Origin: Eledone cirrhosa
Taxonomy: Eukaryota
DNA length: 64,000 nt
Assembly (NCBI GenBank): GCA_964016885.1
Contig: OZ024741.1
Location: forward strand, 27,094,001-27,158,000
Direction of reading: 5' to 3'
In this document: one piece after another, positions 15,001 to 30,376 of the stretch
Layout: every line of letters begins with the position of its first letter
Position numbering within the stretch: the stretch's first letter is position 1
Notes under the pieces: model-generated
What the model was told of the DNA's origin: nothing
Seen by the model: the letters and a program-made list of their open reading frames with translations, nothing else
Databases searched by the model: none
Position numbers and translations under genes: made by a program

Positions 15001-18000
15001 CTTAGACCACCTAGACCAACCATCCAACCACCTGTCCAGCCATCCAACCATTCATCCAGACTACACCCCCACCCCTGGCCACTCAGACCACCTAGACCAA
15101 ACATCCAACCACCTGTCCAACCATCCAACCATTCATCCAGACTACACCCCCACCCCTGGCCACTTAGACCATCTAGACCAACCATCCAACCACCTGTCCA
15201 GCCATCCAACCATTCATCCATAATACACCCCCACCCCTGGCCACTCAGACCACCTAGACCAACCATCCAACCACCTGTCCAGCCATCCAACCATTCATCC
15301 AGACTACACCCCCACCCCTGGCCACTTAGACCATCTAGACCAACCATCCAACCACCTGTCCAGCCATCCAACCATTCATCCAGACTACACCCCCACCCCT
15401 GGCCACTTAGACCACCTAGACCAACCATCCAACCACCTGTCCAGCCATCCAACCATTCATCCAGACTACACCCCCACCCCTGGCCACTTAGACCACCTAG
15501 ACCAACCATCCAACCACCTGTCCAGCCATCCAACCATTCATCCAGACTACACCCCCACCCCTGGCCACTTAGACCATCTAGACCAACCATCCAACCACCT
15601 GTCCAGCCATCCAACCATTCATCCAGACTACACCCCCACCCCTGGCCACTCAGACCACCTAGACCAACCATCCAACCACCTGTCCAGCCATCCAACCATT
15701 CATCCAGACTACACCCCCACCCCTGGCCACTCAGACCACCTAGACCAACCATCCAACCACCTGTCCAGCCATCCAACCATTCATCCAGACTACACCCCAC
15801 CCCTGGCCACTCAGACCACCTAGACCAACCATCCAACCACCTGTCCAGCCATCCAACCATTCATCCAGACTACACCCCCACCCCTGGCCACTCAGACCAC
15901 CTAGACCAACCATCCAACCACCTGTCCAGCCATCCAACCATTCATCCAGACTACACCCCCACCCCTGGCCACTCAGACCACCTAGACCAACCATCCAACC
16001 ACCTGTCCAGCCATCCAACCATTCATCCAGACTACACCCCCACCCCTGGCCACTCAGACCACCTAGACCAACCATCCAACCACCTGTCCAGCCATCCAAC
16101 CATTCATCCAGACTACACCCCCACCCCTGGCCACTTAGACCACCTAGACCAACCATCCAACCACCTGTCCAGCCATCCAACCATTCATCCAGACTACACC
16201 CCCACCCCTGGCCACTCAGACCACCTAGACCAACCATCCAACCACCTGTCCAGCCATCCAACAATTCATCCAGACTGCACCTCCCACCCCTGGCCACTCA
16301 GACCGCCTAGACCAACCATCCAACCACCTGTCCAGCCATCCAACCATTCATCCAGACTACACCCCCCACCCCTGGCCACTTAGACCACCTAGACCAACCA
16401 TCCAACCACCTGTCCAGCCATCCAACAATTCATCCAGACTACACCCCCCACCCCTGGCCACTTAGACCACCTAGACCAACCATCCAACCACCTGTCCAGC
16501 CATCCAACAATTCATCCAGACTACACCCCCACCCCTGGCCACTTAGACCATCTAGACCAACCATCCAACCACCTGTCCAGCCATCCAACCATTCATCCAG
16601 ACTGCACCTCCCACCCCTGGCCACTCAGACCGCCTAGACCAACCATCCAACCACCTGTCCAGCCATCCAACCATTCATCCAGACTACACCCCCACCCCTG
16701 GCCACTTAGACCATCTAGACCAACCATCCAACCACCTGTCCAACCATCCAACCATTCATCCAGACTACACCCCCACCCCTGGCCACTCAGACCACCTAGA
16801 CCAACCATCCAACCACCTGTCCAGCCATCCAACAATTCATCCAGACTACACCCCCACCCTTGGCCACTCAGACCACCTAGACCAACCATCCAACCACCTG
16901 TCCAGCCATCCAACAATTCATCCAGACTACACCCCCACCCTTGGCCACTCAGACCGCCTAGACCAACCATCCAACCACCTGTCCAGCCATCCAACCATTC
17001 ATCCAGACTACACCTCCCACCCCTGGCCACTCAGACCACCTAGACCAACCATCCAACCACCTGTCCAGCCATCCAACCATTCATCCAGACTACACCTCCC
17101 ACCCCTGGCCACTCAGACCACCTAGACCAACCATCCAACCACCTGTCCAGCCATCCAACAATTCATCCAGACTACACCCCCACCCTTGGCCACTCAGACC
17201 GCCTAGACCAACCATCCAACCACCTGTCCAGCCATCCAACCATTCATCCAGACTACACCCCCACCCCTGGCCACTTAGACCACCTAGACCAACCATCCAA
17301 CCACCTGTCCAGCCATCCAACAATTCATCCAGACTACACCCCCACCCTTGGCCACTCAGACCATCTAGACCAACTATCCAACCACCTGTCCAACCATCCA
17401 ACCATTCATCCAGACTACACCCCCACCCTTGGCCACTCAGACCATCTAGACCAACTATCCAACCACCTGTCCAACCATCCAACCATTCATCCAGACTACA
17501 CCCCCACCCCTGGCCACTCAGACCACCTAGACCAAGCATCCAACCACCTGTCCAGCCATCCAACCATTCATCCAGACTACACCCCCACCCCTGGCCACTT
17601 AGACCATCTAGACCAACCATCCAACCACCTGTCCAGCCATCCAACCATTCATCCAGACTACACCCCCACCCCTGGCCACTTAGACCATCTAGACCAACCA
17701 TCCAACTACCTGTCCAGCCATCCAACAATTCATCCAGACTACACCCCCACCCCTGGCCACTTAGACCATCTAGACCAACCATCCAACCACCTGTCCAACC
17801 ATCCAACCATTCATCCAGACTACACCCCCACCTCTGGCCACTCAGACCACCTAGACCAACCATCCAACCACCTGTCCAGCCATCCAACAATTCATCCAGA
17901 CTACACCCCCACCCTTGGCCACTCAGACCATCTAGACCAACCATCCAACCACCTGTCCAACCATCCAACCATTCATCCAGACTACACCCCCACCCCTGGC

Positions 18001-21000
18001 CACTTAGACCACCTAGACCAACCATCCAACCACCTGTCCAGCCATCCAACCATTCATCCAGACTACACCCCCACCCCTGGCCACTTAGACCACCTAGACC
18101 AACCATCCAACCACCTGTCCAGCCATCCAACCATTCATCCATAATACACCCCCACCCCTGGCCACTTAGACCACCTAGACCAAGCATCCAACCACCTGTC
18201 CAGCCATCCAACCATTCATCCAGACTACACCCCCACCCCTGGCCACTTAGACCATCTAGACCAACCATCCAACCACCTGTCCAGCCATCCAACCATTCAT
18301 CCAGACTACACCCCCACCCCTGGCCACTTAGACCATCTAGACCAACCATCCAACTACCTGTCCAGCCATCCAACAATTCATCCAGACTACACCCCCACCC
18401 CTGGCCACTTAGACCATCTAGACCAACCATCCAACCACCTGTCCAGCCATCCAACCATTCATCCAGACTGCACCTCCCACCCCTGGCCACTCAGACCGCC
18501 TAGACCAACCATCCAACCACCTGTCCAGCCATCCAACAATTCATCCAGACTACACCCCCACCCCTGGCCACTTAGACCATCTAGACCAACCATCCAACCA
18601 CCTGTCCAGCCATCCAACCATTCATCCAGACTACACCCCCACCCCTGGCCACTCAGACCACCTAGACCAACCATCCAACCACCTGTCCAGCCATCCAACA
18701 ATTCATCCAGACTACACCCCCACCCCTGGCCACTTAGACCATCTAGACCAACCATCCAACCACCTGTCCAACCATCCAACCATTCATCCAGACTACACCC
18801 CCACCCCTGGCCACTCAGACCACCTAGACCAACCATCCAACCACCTGTCCAGCCATCCAACAATTCATCCAGACTACACCCCCACCCCTGGCCACTTAGA
18901 CCATCTAGACCAACCATCCAACCACCTGTCCAGCCATCCAACCATTCATCCAGACTACACCCCCACCCCTGGCCACTCAGACCGCCTAGACCAACCATCC
19001 AACCACCTGTGCAGCCATCCAACCATTCATCCAGACTACACCCCCACCCCTGGCCACTCAGACCGCCTAGACCAACCATCCAACAACCTGTCCAGTCATC
19101 CAACCATTCATCCAGACTACACCCCCACCCCTGGCTACTCAGACCACCTAGACCAACCATCCAACAACCTGTCCAGTCATCCAACCATTCATCCAGACTA
19201 CACCCCCACCCCTGGCCACTTAGACCATCTAGACCAACCATCCAACCACCTGTCCAGCCATCCAACCATTCATCCAGATTACACCCCCCACCCTTGGCCA
19301 CTCAGACCACCTAGACCAACCATCCAACCACCTGTCCAGCTATCCAACCATTCATCTAGACTACACCCCCACCCCTGGCCACTCAGACCATCTAGACCAA
19401 CCATCCAGCCACCTGTCCAGCCATCCAACCATTCATCCAGACTACACCCCCACCCCTGGCCACTCAGACCATCTAGACCAACCATCCAACCACCTGTCCA
19501 GCCATCCAACCATTCATCCAGACTGCACCTCCCACCCCTGGCCACTTAGACCACCTAGACCAACCATCCAACCACCTGTCCAGCCATCCAACCATTCATC
19601 CAGACTACACCCCCCACCCCTGGCCACTTAGACCATCTAGACCAACCATCCAACCACCTGTGCAGCCATCCAACCATTCATCCAGACTGCACCTCCACCC
19701 CTGGCCACTCAGACCACCTAGACCAACCATCCAACCACCTGTCCAGCCATCCAACCATTCATCCAGACTACACCCCCCACCCCTGGCCACTTAGACCATC
19801 TAGACCAACCATCCAACCACCTGTCCAGCCATCCAACCATTCATCCAGACTACACCCCCACCCCTGGCCACTCAGACCATCTAGACCAACCATCCAACCA
19901 CCTGTCCAGCCATCCAACCATTCATCCAGACTACACCCCCACCCCTGGCCACTTAGACCATCTAGACCAACCATCCAACCACCTGTGCAGCCATCCAACC
20001 ATTCATCCAGACTACACCCCCCACCCCTGGCCACTTAGACCATCTAGACCAACCATCCAACCACCTGTGCAGCCATCCAACCATTCATCCAGACTGCACC
20101 TCCACCCCTGGCCACTCAGACCATCTAGACCAACCATCCAACCACCTGTCCAGCCATCCAACCATTCATCCAGACTACACCCCCCACCCCTGGCCACTTA
20201 GACCATCTAGACCAACCATCCAACCACCTGTCCAGCCATCCAACCATTCATCCAGACTACACCCCCACCCCTGGCCACTCAGACCATCTAGACCAACCAT
20301 CCAACCACCTGTCCAGCCATCCAACCATTCATCCAGACTACACCTCCCACCCCTGGCCACTTAGACCACCTAGACCAACCATCCAACCACCTGTCCAGCC
20401 ATCCAACCATTCATCCAGACTACACCCCACCCCTGGCCACTCAGACCACTTAGACCAACCATCCAACCACCTGTCCAGCCATCCAACCATTCATCCAGAC
20501 TACACCCCCCACCCCTGGCTACTCAGACCATCTAGAACAACCATCCAACCACCTGTCCAGCCATCCAACCATTCATCCAGACTACACCCCCACCCCTGGC
20601 CACTCAGACCACCTAGACCAACCATCCAACCACCTGTCCAGCCATCCAACCATTCATCCAGACTACACCCCCCACCCCTGGCCACTCAGACCACCTAGAC
20701 CAACCATCCAACTACCCGTCCAGCCATCCAACCATTCATCCAGATTACACCCCCCACCCTTGGCTACTCAGACCATCTAGAACAACCATCCAACCACCTG
20801 TCCAGCCATCCAACCATTCATCCAGACTACACCCCACCCCTGGCCACTCAGACCACTTAGACCAACTATCCAACCACCTGTCCAGCCATATAACCATTCA
20901 TCCAGACTACACCCCCCACCCCTGGCCACTCAGACCACCTAGACCAACCATCCAACCACCTGTCTAGCCATCCAACCATTCATCCAGACTACACCCCCCA

Positions 21001-24000
21001 CCCCTGGCCACTCAGACCGCCTAGACCAACCATCCAACAACCTGTCCAGCCATCCAACCATTCATCCAGACTACACCCCCACCCCTGGCCACTCAGACCG
21101 CCTAGACCAACCATCCAACCACCTGTGCAGCCATCCAACCATTCATCCAGACTACACCCCCACCCCTGGCCACTCAGACCGCCTAGACCAACCATCCAAC
21201 AACCTGTCCAGCCATCCAACCATTCATCCAGACTACACCCCCACCCCTGGCCACTTAGACCATCTAGACCAACCATCCAACCACCTGTCCAGCCATCCAA
21301 CCATTCATCCAGATTACACCCCCCACCCTTGGCCACTCAGACCACCTAGACCAACCATCCAACCACCTGTCCAGCTATCCAACCATTCATCTAGACTACA
21401 CCCCCACCCCTGGCCACTCAGACCATCTAGACCAACCATCCAGCCACCTGTCCAGCCATCCAACCATTCATCCAGACTACACCCCCACCCCTGGCCACTC
21501 AGACCATCTAGACCAACCATCCAACCACCTGTCCAGCCATCCAACCATTCATCCAGACTGCACCTCCCACCCCTGGCCACTTAGACCACCTAGACCAACC
21601 ATCCAACCACCTGTCCAGCCATCCAACCATTCATCCAGACTACACCCCCCACCCCTGGCCACTTAGACCATCTAGACCAACCATCCAACCACCTGTGCAG
21701 CCATCCAACCATTCATCCAGACTGCACCTCCCACCCCTGGCCACTTAGACCACCTAGACCAACCATCCAACCACCTGTCCAGCCATCCAACCATTCATCC
21801 AGACTACACCCCCCACCCCTGGCCACTTAGACCATCTAGACCAACCATCCAACCACCTGTCCAGCCATCCAACCATTCATCCAGACTACACCCCCACCCC
21901 TGGCCACTCAGACCATCTAGACCAACCATCCAACCACCTGTCCAGCCATCCAACCATTCATCCAGACTACACCTCCCACCCCTGGCCACTTAGACCACCT
22001 AGACCAACCATCCAACCACCTGTCCAGCCATCCAACCATTCATCCAGACTACACCCCACCCCTGGCCACTCAGACCACTTAGACCAACCATCCAACCACC
22101 TGTCCAGCCATCCAACCATTCATCCAGACTACACCCCCCACCCCTGGCTACTCAGACCATCTAGAACAACCATCCAACCACCTGTCCAGCCATCCAACCA
22201 TTCATCCAGACTACACCCCCCACCCCTGGCCACTCAGACCATCTAGACCAACCATCCAACCACCTGTCCAGCCATCCAACCATTCATCCAGACTACACCC
22301 CCCACCCCTGGCCACTCAGACCACCTAGACCAACCATCCAACCACCCGTCCAGCCATCCAACCATTCATCCAGACTACACCCCCCACCCCTGGCTACTCA
22401 GACCACCTAGACCAACCATCCAACCACCTGTCCAGCCATCCAACCATTCATCCAGACTACACCCCCACCCCTGGCCACTCAGACCACCTAGACCAACCAT
22501 CCAACCACCTGTCCAGCCATCCAACCATTCATCCAGACTACACCCCCCACCCCTGGCTACTCAGACCACCTAGACCAACCATCCAACCACCTGTCCAGCC
22601 ATCCAACCATTCATCCAGATTACACCTCCCACCCCTGGCCACTCAGACCACCTAGACCAACCATCCAACCACCTGTCCAGCCATCCAACCATTCATCCAG
22701 ACTACACCCCCCACCCCTGGCTACTCAGACCACCTAGACCAACCATCCAACCACCTGTCCAGCCATCCAACCATTCATCCAGATTACACCTCCCACCCCT
22801 GGCCACTCAGACCACCTAGACCAACCATCCAACCACCTGTCCAGCCATCCAACCATTCATCCAGACTACACCCCCCACCCCTGGCTACTCAGACCACCTA
22901 GACCAACCATCCAACCACCTGTCCAGCCATCCAACCATTCATCCAGACTACACCCCCTACCCCTGGCCACTTAGACCACCTAGACCAACCATCCAACCAC
23001 CTGTCCAGCCATCCAACCATTCATCCAGACTACACCCCCACCCCTGGCCACTCAGACCACCTAGACCAACCATCCAACCACCTGTCCAGCCATCCAACCA
23101 TTCATCCAGACTACACCCCCACCCCTGGCCACTTAGACCACCTAGACCAACCATCCAACCACCTGTCCAGCCATCCAACCATTCATCCAGATTACACCTC
23201 CCACCCCTGGCCACTCAGACCACCTAGACCAACCATCCAACCACCTGTCCAGCCATCCAACCATTCATCCAGACTACACCCCCACCCCTGGCCACTTAGA
23301 CCACCTAGACCAACCATCCAACCACCTGTCCAGCCATCCAACCATTCATCCAGACTACACCTCCCACCCCTGGCCACTTAGACCACCTAGACCAACCATC
23401 CAACCACCTGTCCAGCCATCCAACCATTCATCCAGACTACACCCCCACCCCTGGCCACTCAGACCACCTAGACCAACCATCCAACCACCTGTCCAGCCAT
23501 CCAACCATTCATCCAGACTACACCCCCACCCCTGGCCACTTAGACCACCTAGACCAACCATCCAACCACCTGTCCAGCCATCCAATCATTCATCCAGACT
23601 ACACCCCCCACCCCTGGCCACTCAGACCACCTAGACCAACCATCCAACCACCTGTCCAGCCATCCAACCATTCATCCAGACTACACCTCCCACCCCTGGC
23701 CACTTAGACCACCTAGACCAACCATCCAACCACCTGTCCAGCCATCCAACCATTCATCCAGACTACACCCCCCACCCCTGGCCACTTAGACCACCTAGAC
23801 CAACCATCCAACCACCTGTCCAGCCATCCAACCATTCATCCAGACTACACCTCCCACCCCTGGCCACTTAGACCACCTAGACCAACCATCCAACCACCTG
23901 TCCAGCCATCCAACCATTCATCCAGACTACACCCCCCACCCCTGGCCACTCAGACCACCTAGACCAACCATCCAACCACCTGTCCAGCCATCCAACCATT

Positions 24001-27000
24001 CATCCAGACTACACCCCCCACCCCTGGCCACTCAGACCACCTAGACCAACCATCCAACCACCTGTCCAGCCATCCAACCATTCATCCAGACTACACCTCC
24101 CACCCCTGGCCACTTAGACCACCTAGACCAACCATCCAACCACCTGTCCAGCCATCCAACCATTCATCCAGACTACACCCCCACCCCTGGCCACTTAGAC
24201 CATCTAGACCAACCATCCAACCACCTAGACCAACCATCCAACCACCTGTCCAGCCATCCAACCATTCATCCAGACTACACCCCCACCCCTGGCCACTCAG
24301 ACCACCTAGACCAACCATCCAACCACCTGTCCAGCCATCCAACCATTCATCCAGACTACACCTCCCACCCCTGGCCACTCAGACCACCTAGACCAACCAT
24401 CCAACCACCTGTCCAGCCATCCAACCATTCATCCAGACTACACCTCCCACCCCTGGCCACTTAGACCACCTAGACCAACCATCCAACCACCTGTCCAGCC
24501 ATCCAACCATTCATCCAGACTACACCCCTACCCCTGGCCACTTAGACCACCTAGACCAACCATCCAACCACCTGTCCAGCCATCCAACCATTCATCCAGA
24601 CTACACCTCCCACCCCTGGCCACTCAGACCACCTAGACCAACCATCCAACCACCCGTCCAGCCATCCAACCATTCATCCAGACTACACCCCCCACCCCTG
24701 GCTACTCAGACCACCTAGACCAACCATCCAACCACCTGTCCAGCCATCCAACCATTCATCCAGACTACACCCCCACCCCTGGCCACTCAGACCACCTAGA
24801 CCAACCATCCAACCACCTGTCCAGCCATCCAACCATTCATCCAGACTACACCCCCACCCCTGGCCACTCAGACCACCTAGACCAACCATCCAACCACCTG
24901 TCCAGCCATCCAACCATTCATCCAGACTACACCCCCCACCCCTGGCTACTCAGACCACCTAGACCAACCATCCAACCACCTGTCCAGCCATCCAACCATT
25001 CATCCAGATTACACCTCCCACCCCTGGCCACTCAGACCACCTAGACCAACCATCCAACCACCTGTCCAGCCATCCAACCATTCATCCAGATTACACCTCC
25101 CACCCCTGGCCACTCAGACCACCTAGACCAACCATCCAACTACCTGTCCAGCCATCCAACCATTCATCCAGACTACACCCCCACCCCTGGCCACTCAGAC
25201 CACCTAGACCAACCATCCAACCACCTGTCCAGCCATCCAACCATTCATCCAGATTACACCTCCCACCCCTGGCCACTCAGACCACCTAGACCAACCATCC
25301 AACCACCTGTCCAGCCATCCAACCATTCATCCAGACTACACCCCCCACCCCTGGCCACTTAGACCACCTAGACCAACCATCCAACCACCTGTCCAGCCAT
25401 CCAACCATTCATCCAGACTACACCCCCACCCCTGGCCACTCAGACCACCTAGACCAACCATCCAACCACCTGTCCAGCCATCCAACCATCCAACTACCTG
25501 TCCAGCCATCCAACCATTCATCCAGACTACACCTCCCACCCCTGGCCACTCAGACCACCTAGACCAACCATCCAACCACCTGTCCAGCCATCCAACCATT
25601 CATCCAGATTACACCTCCCACCCCTGGCCACTCAGACCACCTAGACCAACCATCCAACCACTGTCCAGCCATCCAACCATTCATCCAGACTACACCCCCC
25701 ACCCCTGGCCACTTAGACCACCTAGACCAACCATCCAACCACCTGTCCAGCCATCCAACCATTCATCCAGATTACACCTCCCACCCCTGGCCACTCAGAC
25801 CACCTAGACCAACCATCCAACCACCTGTCCAGCCATCCAACCATTCATCCAGACTACACCCCCACCCCTGGCCACTCAGACCACCTAGACCAACCATCCA
25901 ACCACCTGTCCAGCCATCCAACCATTCATCCAGACTACACCCCCACCCCTGGCCACTCAGACCACCTAGACCAACCATCCAACCACCTGTCCAGCCATCC
26001 AACCATTCATCCAGACTACACCCCCACCCCTGGCCACTCAGACCACCTAGACCAACCATCCAACCACCTGTCCAGCCATCCAACCATTCATCCAGATTAC
26101 ACCTCCCACCCCTGGCCACTCAGACCACCTAGACCAACCATCCAACCACCTGTCCAGCCATCCAACCATTCATCCAGACTACACCCCCACCCCTGGCCAC
26201 TCAGACCACCTAGACCAACCATCCAACCACCTGTCCAGCCATCCAACCATTCATCCAGACTACACCCCCACCCCTGGCCACTCAGACCACCTAGACCAAC
26301 CATCCAACCACCTGTCCAGCCATCCAACCATTCATCCAGATTACACCTCCCACCCCTGGCCACTCAGACCACCTAGACCAACCATCCAACCACCTGTCCA
26401 GCCATCCAACCATTCATCCAGACTACACCCCCACCCCTGGCCACTCAGACCACCTAGACCAACCATCCAACCACCTGTCCAGCCATCCAACCATTCATCC
26501 AGACTACACCCCCACCCCTGGCCACTCAGACCACCTAGACCAACCATCCAACCACCTGTCCAGCCATCCAACCATTCATCCAGACTACACCCCCACCCCT
26601 GGCCACTTAGACCATCTAGACCAACCATCCAACCACCTGTCCAGCCATCCAACCATTCATCCAGACTACACCTCCCACCCCTGGCCACTTAGACCATCTA
26701 GACCAACCATCCAACCACCTGTCCAGCCATCCAACCATTCATCCAGACTACACCCCCACCCCTGGCCACTCAGACCACCTAGACCAACCATCCAACCACC
26801 TGTCCAGCCATCCAACCATTCATCCAGACTACACCCCCACCCCTGGCCACTCAGACCACCTAGACCAACCATCCAACCACCTGTCCAGCCATCCAACCAT
26901 TCATCCAGACTACACCCCCACCCCTGGCCACTTAGACCATCTAGACCAACCATCCAACCACCTGTCCAGCCATCCAACCATTCATCCAGACTACACCTCC

Positions 27001-29400
27001 CACCCCTGGCCACTTAGACCATCTAGACCAACCATCCAACCACCTGTCCAGCCATCCAACCATTCATCCAGACTACACCCCCACCCCTGGCCACTCAGAC
27101 CACCTAGACCAACCATCCAACCACCTGTCCAGCCATCCAACCATTCATCCAGACTACACCCCCACCCCTGGCCACTCAGACCACCTAGACCAACCATCCA
27201 ACCACCTGTCCAGCCATCCAACCATTCATCCAGACTACACCCCCACCCCTGGCCACTCAGACCACCTAGACCAACCATCCAACCACCTGTCCAGCCATCC
27301 AACCATTCATCCAGACTACACCCCCACCCCTGGCCACTTAGACCATCTAGACCAACCATCCAACCACCTGTCCAGCCATCCAACCATTCATCCAGACTAC
27401 ACCTCCCACCCCTGGCCACTTAGACCATCTAGACCAACCATCCAACCACCTGTCCAGCCATCCAACCATTCATCCAGACTACACCCCCACCCCTGGCCAC
27501 TCAGACCACCTAGACCAACCATCCAACCACCTGTCCAGCCATCCAACCATTCATCCAGACTACACCCCCACCCCTGGCCACTCAGACCACCTAGACCAAC
27601 CATCCAACCACCTGTCCAGCCATCCAACCATTCATCCAGACTACACCCCCACCCCTGGCCACTCAGACCACCTAGACCAACCATCCAACCACCTGTCCAG
27701 CCATCCAACCATTCATCCAGACTACACCCCCACCCCTGGCCACTTAGACCATCTAGACCAACCATCCAACCACCTGTCCAGCCATCCAACCATTCATCCA
27801 GACTACACCCCTACCCCTGGCCTCTTAGACCATCTAGACCAACCATCCAAACACCTGTCCAGCCATCCAACCATTCATCCAGACTACACCCCCACCCCTG
27901 GCCACTCAGACCACCTAGACCAACCATCCAAACACCTGTCCAGCCATCCAACCATTCATCCAGACTACACCCCTACCCCTGGCCTCTTAGACCATCTAGA
28001 CCAACCATCCAACCACCTGTCCAGCCATCCAACCATTCATCCAGACTACACCCCTACCCCTGGCCTCTTAGACCATCTAGACCAACCATCCAACCACCTG
28101 TCCAGCCATCCAACCATTCATCCAGACTACACCCCCTACCCCTGGCTACTCAGACCATCTAGACCAACCATCCAACCACCTGTCCAGCCATCCAACCATT
28201 CATCCAGACTACACCCCCACCCCTGGCCACTCAGACCACCTAGACCAACCATCCAACCACCTGTCCAGCCATACAACCATTCATCCAGACTACACCCCCT
28301 ACCCCTGGCTACTCAGACCATCTAGACCAACCATCCAAACACCTGTCCAGCCATCCAACCATTCATCCAGACTACACCCCCACCCCTGGCCACTCAGACC
28401 ACCTAGACCAACCATCCAACCACCTGTCCAGCCATACAACCATTCATCCAGACTACACCCCCTACCCCTGGCTACTCAGACCATCTAGACCAACCATCCA
28501 AACACCTGTCCAGCCATCCAACCATTCATCCAGACTACACCCCTACCCCTGGCCTCTTAGACCATCTACACCAACCATCCAACCACCTGTCCAGCCATTC
28601 ATCCAGACTACACCCCCTACCCCTGGCCACTCAGACCATCTAGACCAACCATCCAACCACCTGTCCAGCCATCCAACCATTCATCCAGACTACACCCCCT
28701 ACCCCTGGCCACTTAGACCATCTACACCAACCATCCAACCACCTGTCCAGCCATTCATCCAGACTACACCCCCTACCCCTGGCCACTCAGACCATCTAGA
28801 CCAACCATCCAACCACCTGTCCAGCCATCCAACCATTCATCCAGACTACACCCCCTACCCCTGGCCACTTAGACCACCTAGACCAACCATCCAACCACCT
28901 GTCCAGCCATACAACCATTCATCCAGACTACACCCCCTACCCCTGGCCACTTAGACCATCTAGACCAACCATCCAACCACCTGTCCAGCCATACAACCAT
29001 TCATCCAGACTACACCCCCTACCCCTGGCCACTTAGACCACCTAGACCAACCATCCAACCACCTGTCCAGCCATCCAACCATTCATCCAGACTACACCCC
29101 CTACCCCTGGCCACTTAGACCATCTAGACCAACCATCCAACCACCTGTCCAGCCATACAACCATTCATCCAGACTACACCCCCTACCCCTGGCCACTTAG
29201 ACCATCTAGACCAACCATCCAACCACCTGTCCAGCCATACAACCATTCATCCAGACTACACCCCCTACCCCTGGCCACTTAGACCATCTAGACCAACCAT
29301 CCAACCACCTGTCCAGCCATACAACCATTCATCCAGACTACACCCCCCAGCCCTGGCGAATCAGACCCTCTAGACCAGCCATCCAACCTTTCCTCCAACC
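1..29400. repeat. 81/82-bp tandem satellite array (~360 monomers; continues beyond the window start)
   Basis: Monomer GCCACTCAGACCACCTAGACCAACCATCCAACCACCTGTCCAGCCATCCAACCATTCATCCAGACTACACCCCCACCCCTG repeats head-to-tail without interruption. Length variants lie in the C-run (C5, C6, CCTCCC). The last unit decays at ~29340-29420. Confidence 0.99.
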
Positions 29401-29659
29401 AACCAGCCACCTTGACCACCCAGACCCCCCCAATCACCACCCCATTACCAGGACCAAATACTAAACTATAAGTATGTCTATTTGGCTCACTGCCCAACCA
29501 CCTAAGGCTGTCTATTTAAAACTCTATGTCATGTTGTTAAGAAGTGAAACCATTGTTCTCAGATGTGGAGTTTATTCTTCATAATATACAGCTGTGATGT
29601 TACAGATATCATCTTACATTTCTCTCTCACCCTCTTCATTGAAAGATGTTACAGATTCA

Positions 29660-29756
29660 ACATCATCATCATCATCATTATCATAGTCATTATCATCATC
29701 ATCATCATAGTCATTATCATCATCATCATCATCATCTTTATCATCATCATCATCAC
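29660..29756. repeat. (ATC)n imperfect microsatellite
   Basis: CATCATCATC... run; explains the poly-Ile ORF 29563-29901. Confidence 0.95.
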
Positions 29757-29816
29757 TATATGTGTCCATACCACTTCAATCTTCTCTATTGCACACTTCA
29801 ATCTGATTTCCTTTAA

Positions 29817-30019
29817 CCCTTTATCATTTACATTATATATACTATTGTATTTCTGCGGTAAAGGCTTTATCTCATATAATATCGAATCTATGAGATTTTG
29901 ATATTATTTATTTTGAGAACAATACATTAACATCAGTATGGGTGGCTAGTTACAGCCAGTTTGAATTGGAAGAGGTGAGAGAATTCTGGTCGGGTATGGC
30001 CATTTCATATGTTAAAGGG
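29817..30019. mobile_element. piggyBac-like MITE, copy 1
   Basis: TTAA|CCCTTTATCAT...ATGTTAAAGGG|TTAA: TTAA target duplication and an 11-bp imperfect TIR. A reverse-complement homologue is at 51608-51831. Confidence 0.8.
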
Positions 30020-30093
30020 TTAAGCCAAGTTTTTACCTTTGAGTGTAAATTCCATGGCTACTTGTGATTGAATGTTTATATATAGATATATAA

Positions 30094-30248
30094 TGTGGTT
30101 GGTGTTAGGAAGGGCATCCAGTCATAGAAACCAAGTCATAACACAGATTTATATGAACAAGATATGGTTTCCTGACCTGACATGTCTCATAACATGACAA
30201 CTCATCTAATCTTTGCAAGCATGGAAAATGGACATTAAACAATGATGA

Positions 30249-30251
<3 letters not shown>
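30094..30251 (+). mobile_element. RTE-type retroposon 3' tail fragment
   Basis: GGTTGGTGTTAGGAAGGGCATCCAG...GCAAGCATGGAAAATGGACATTAAAC(GAT)n is shared with the RTE 3' UTRs at 37545 and 61975; followed by (AT)n. Confidence 0.8.
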
Positions 30252-30300
<49 letters not shown>

Positions 30301-30376
30301 TTAGGGTAAATATTGATGCAATTCAATTCAAGCACTCAACGTGCTTATTCCACATAGGAGTGACGGAGTAAATATC

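Noticed and set aside
137-27789. Dozens of 27-aa-repeat ORFs ([15 protein letters not shown]..., [11 protein letters not shown]...)
   Set aside because: Frequent 82-bp and some 80-bp units shift the frame into TAG stops. The CCTCCC variant is not a homopolymer error. My rough tally of substitutions shows no convincing synonymous excess.
1-29340. Hammerhead within the satellite monomer (minus-strand CTGGATGA)
   Set aside because: It has an extra G, and there is no GAAA box or compatible stems.
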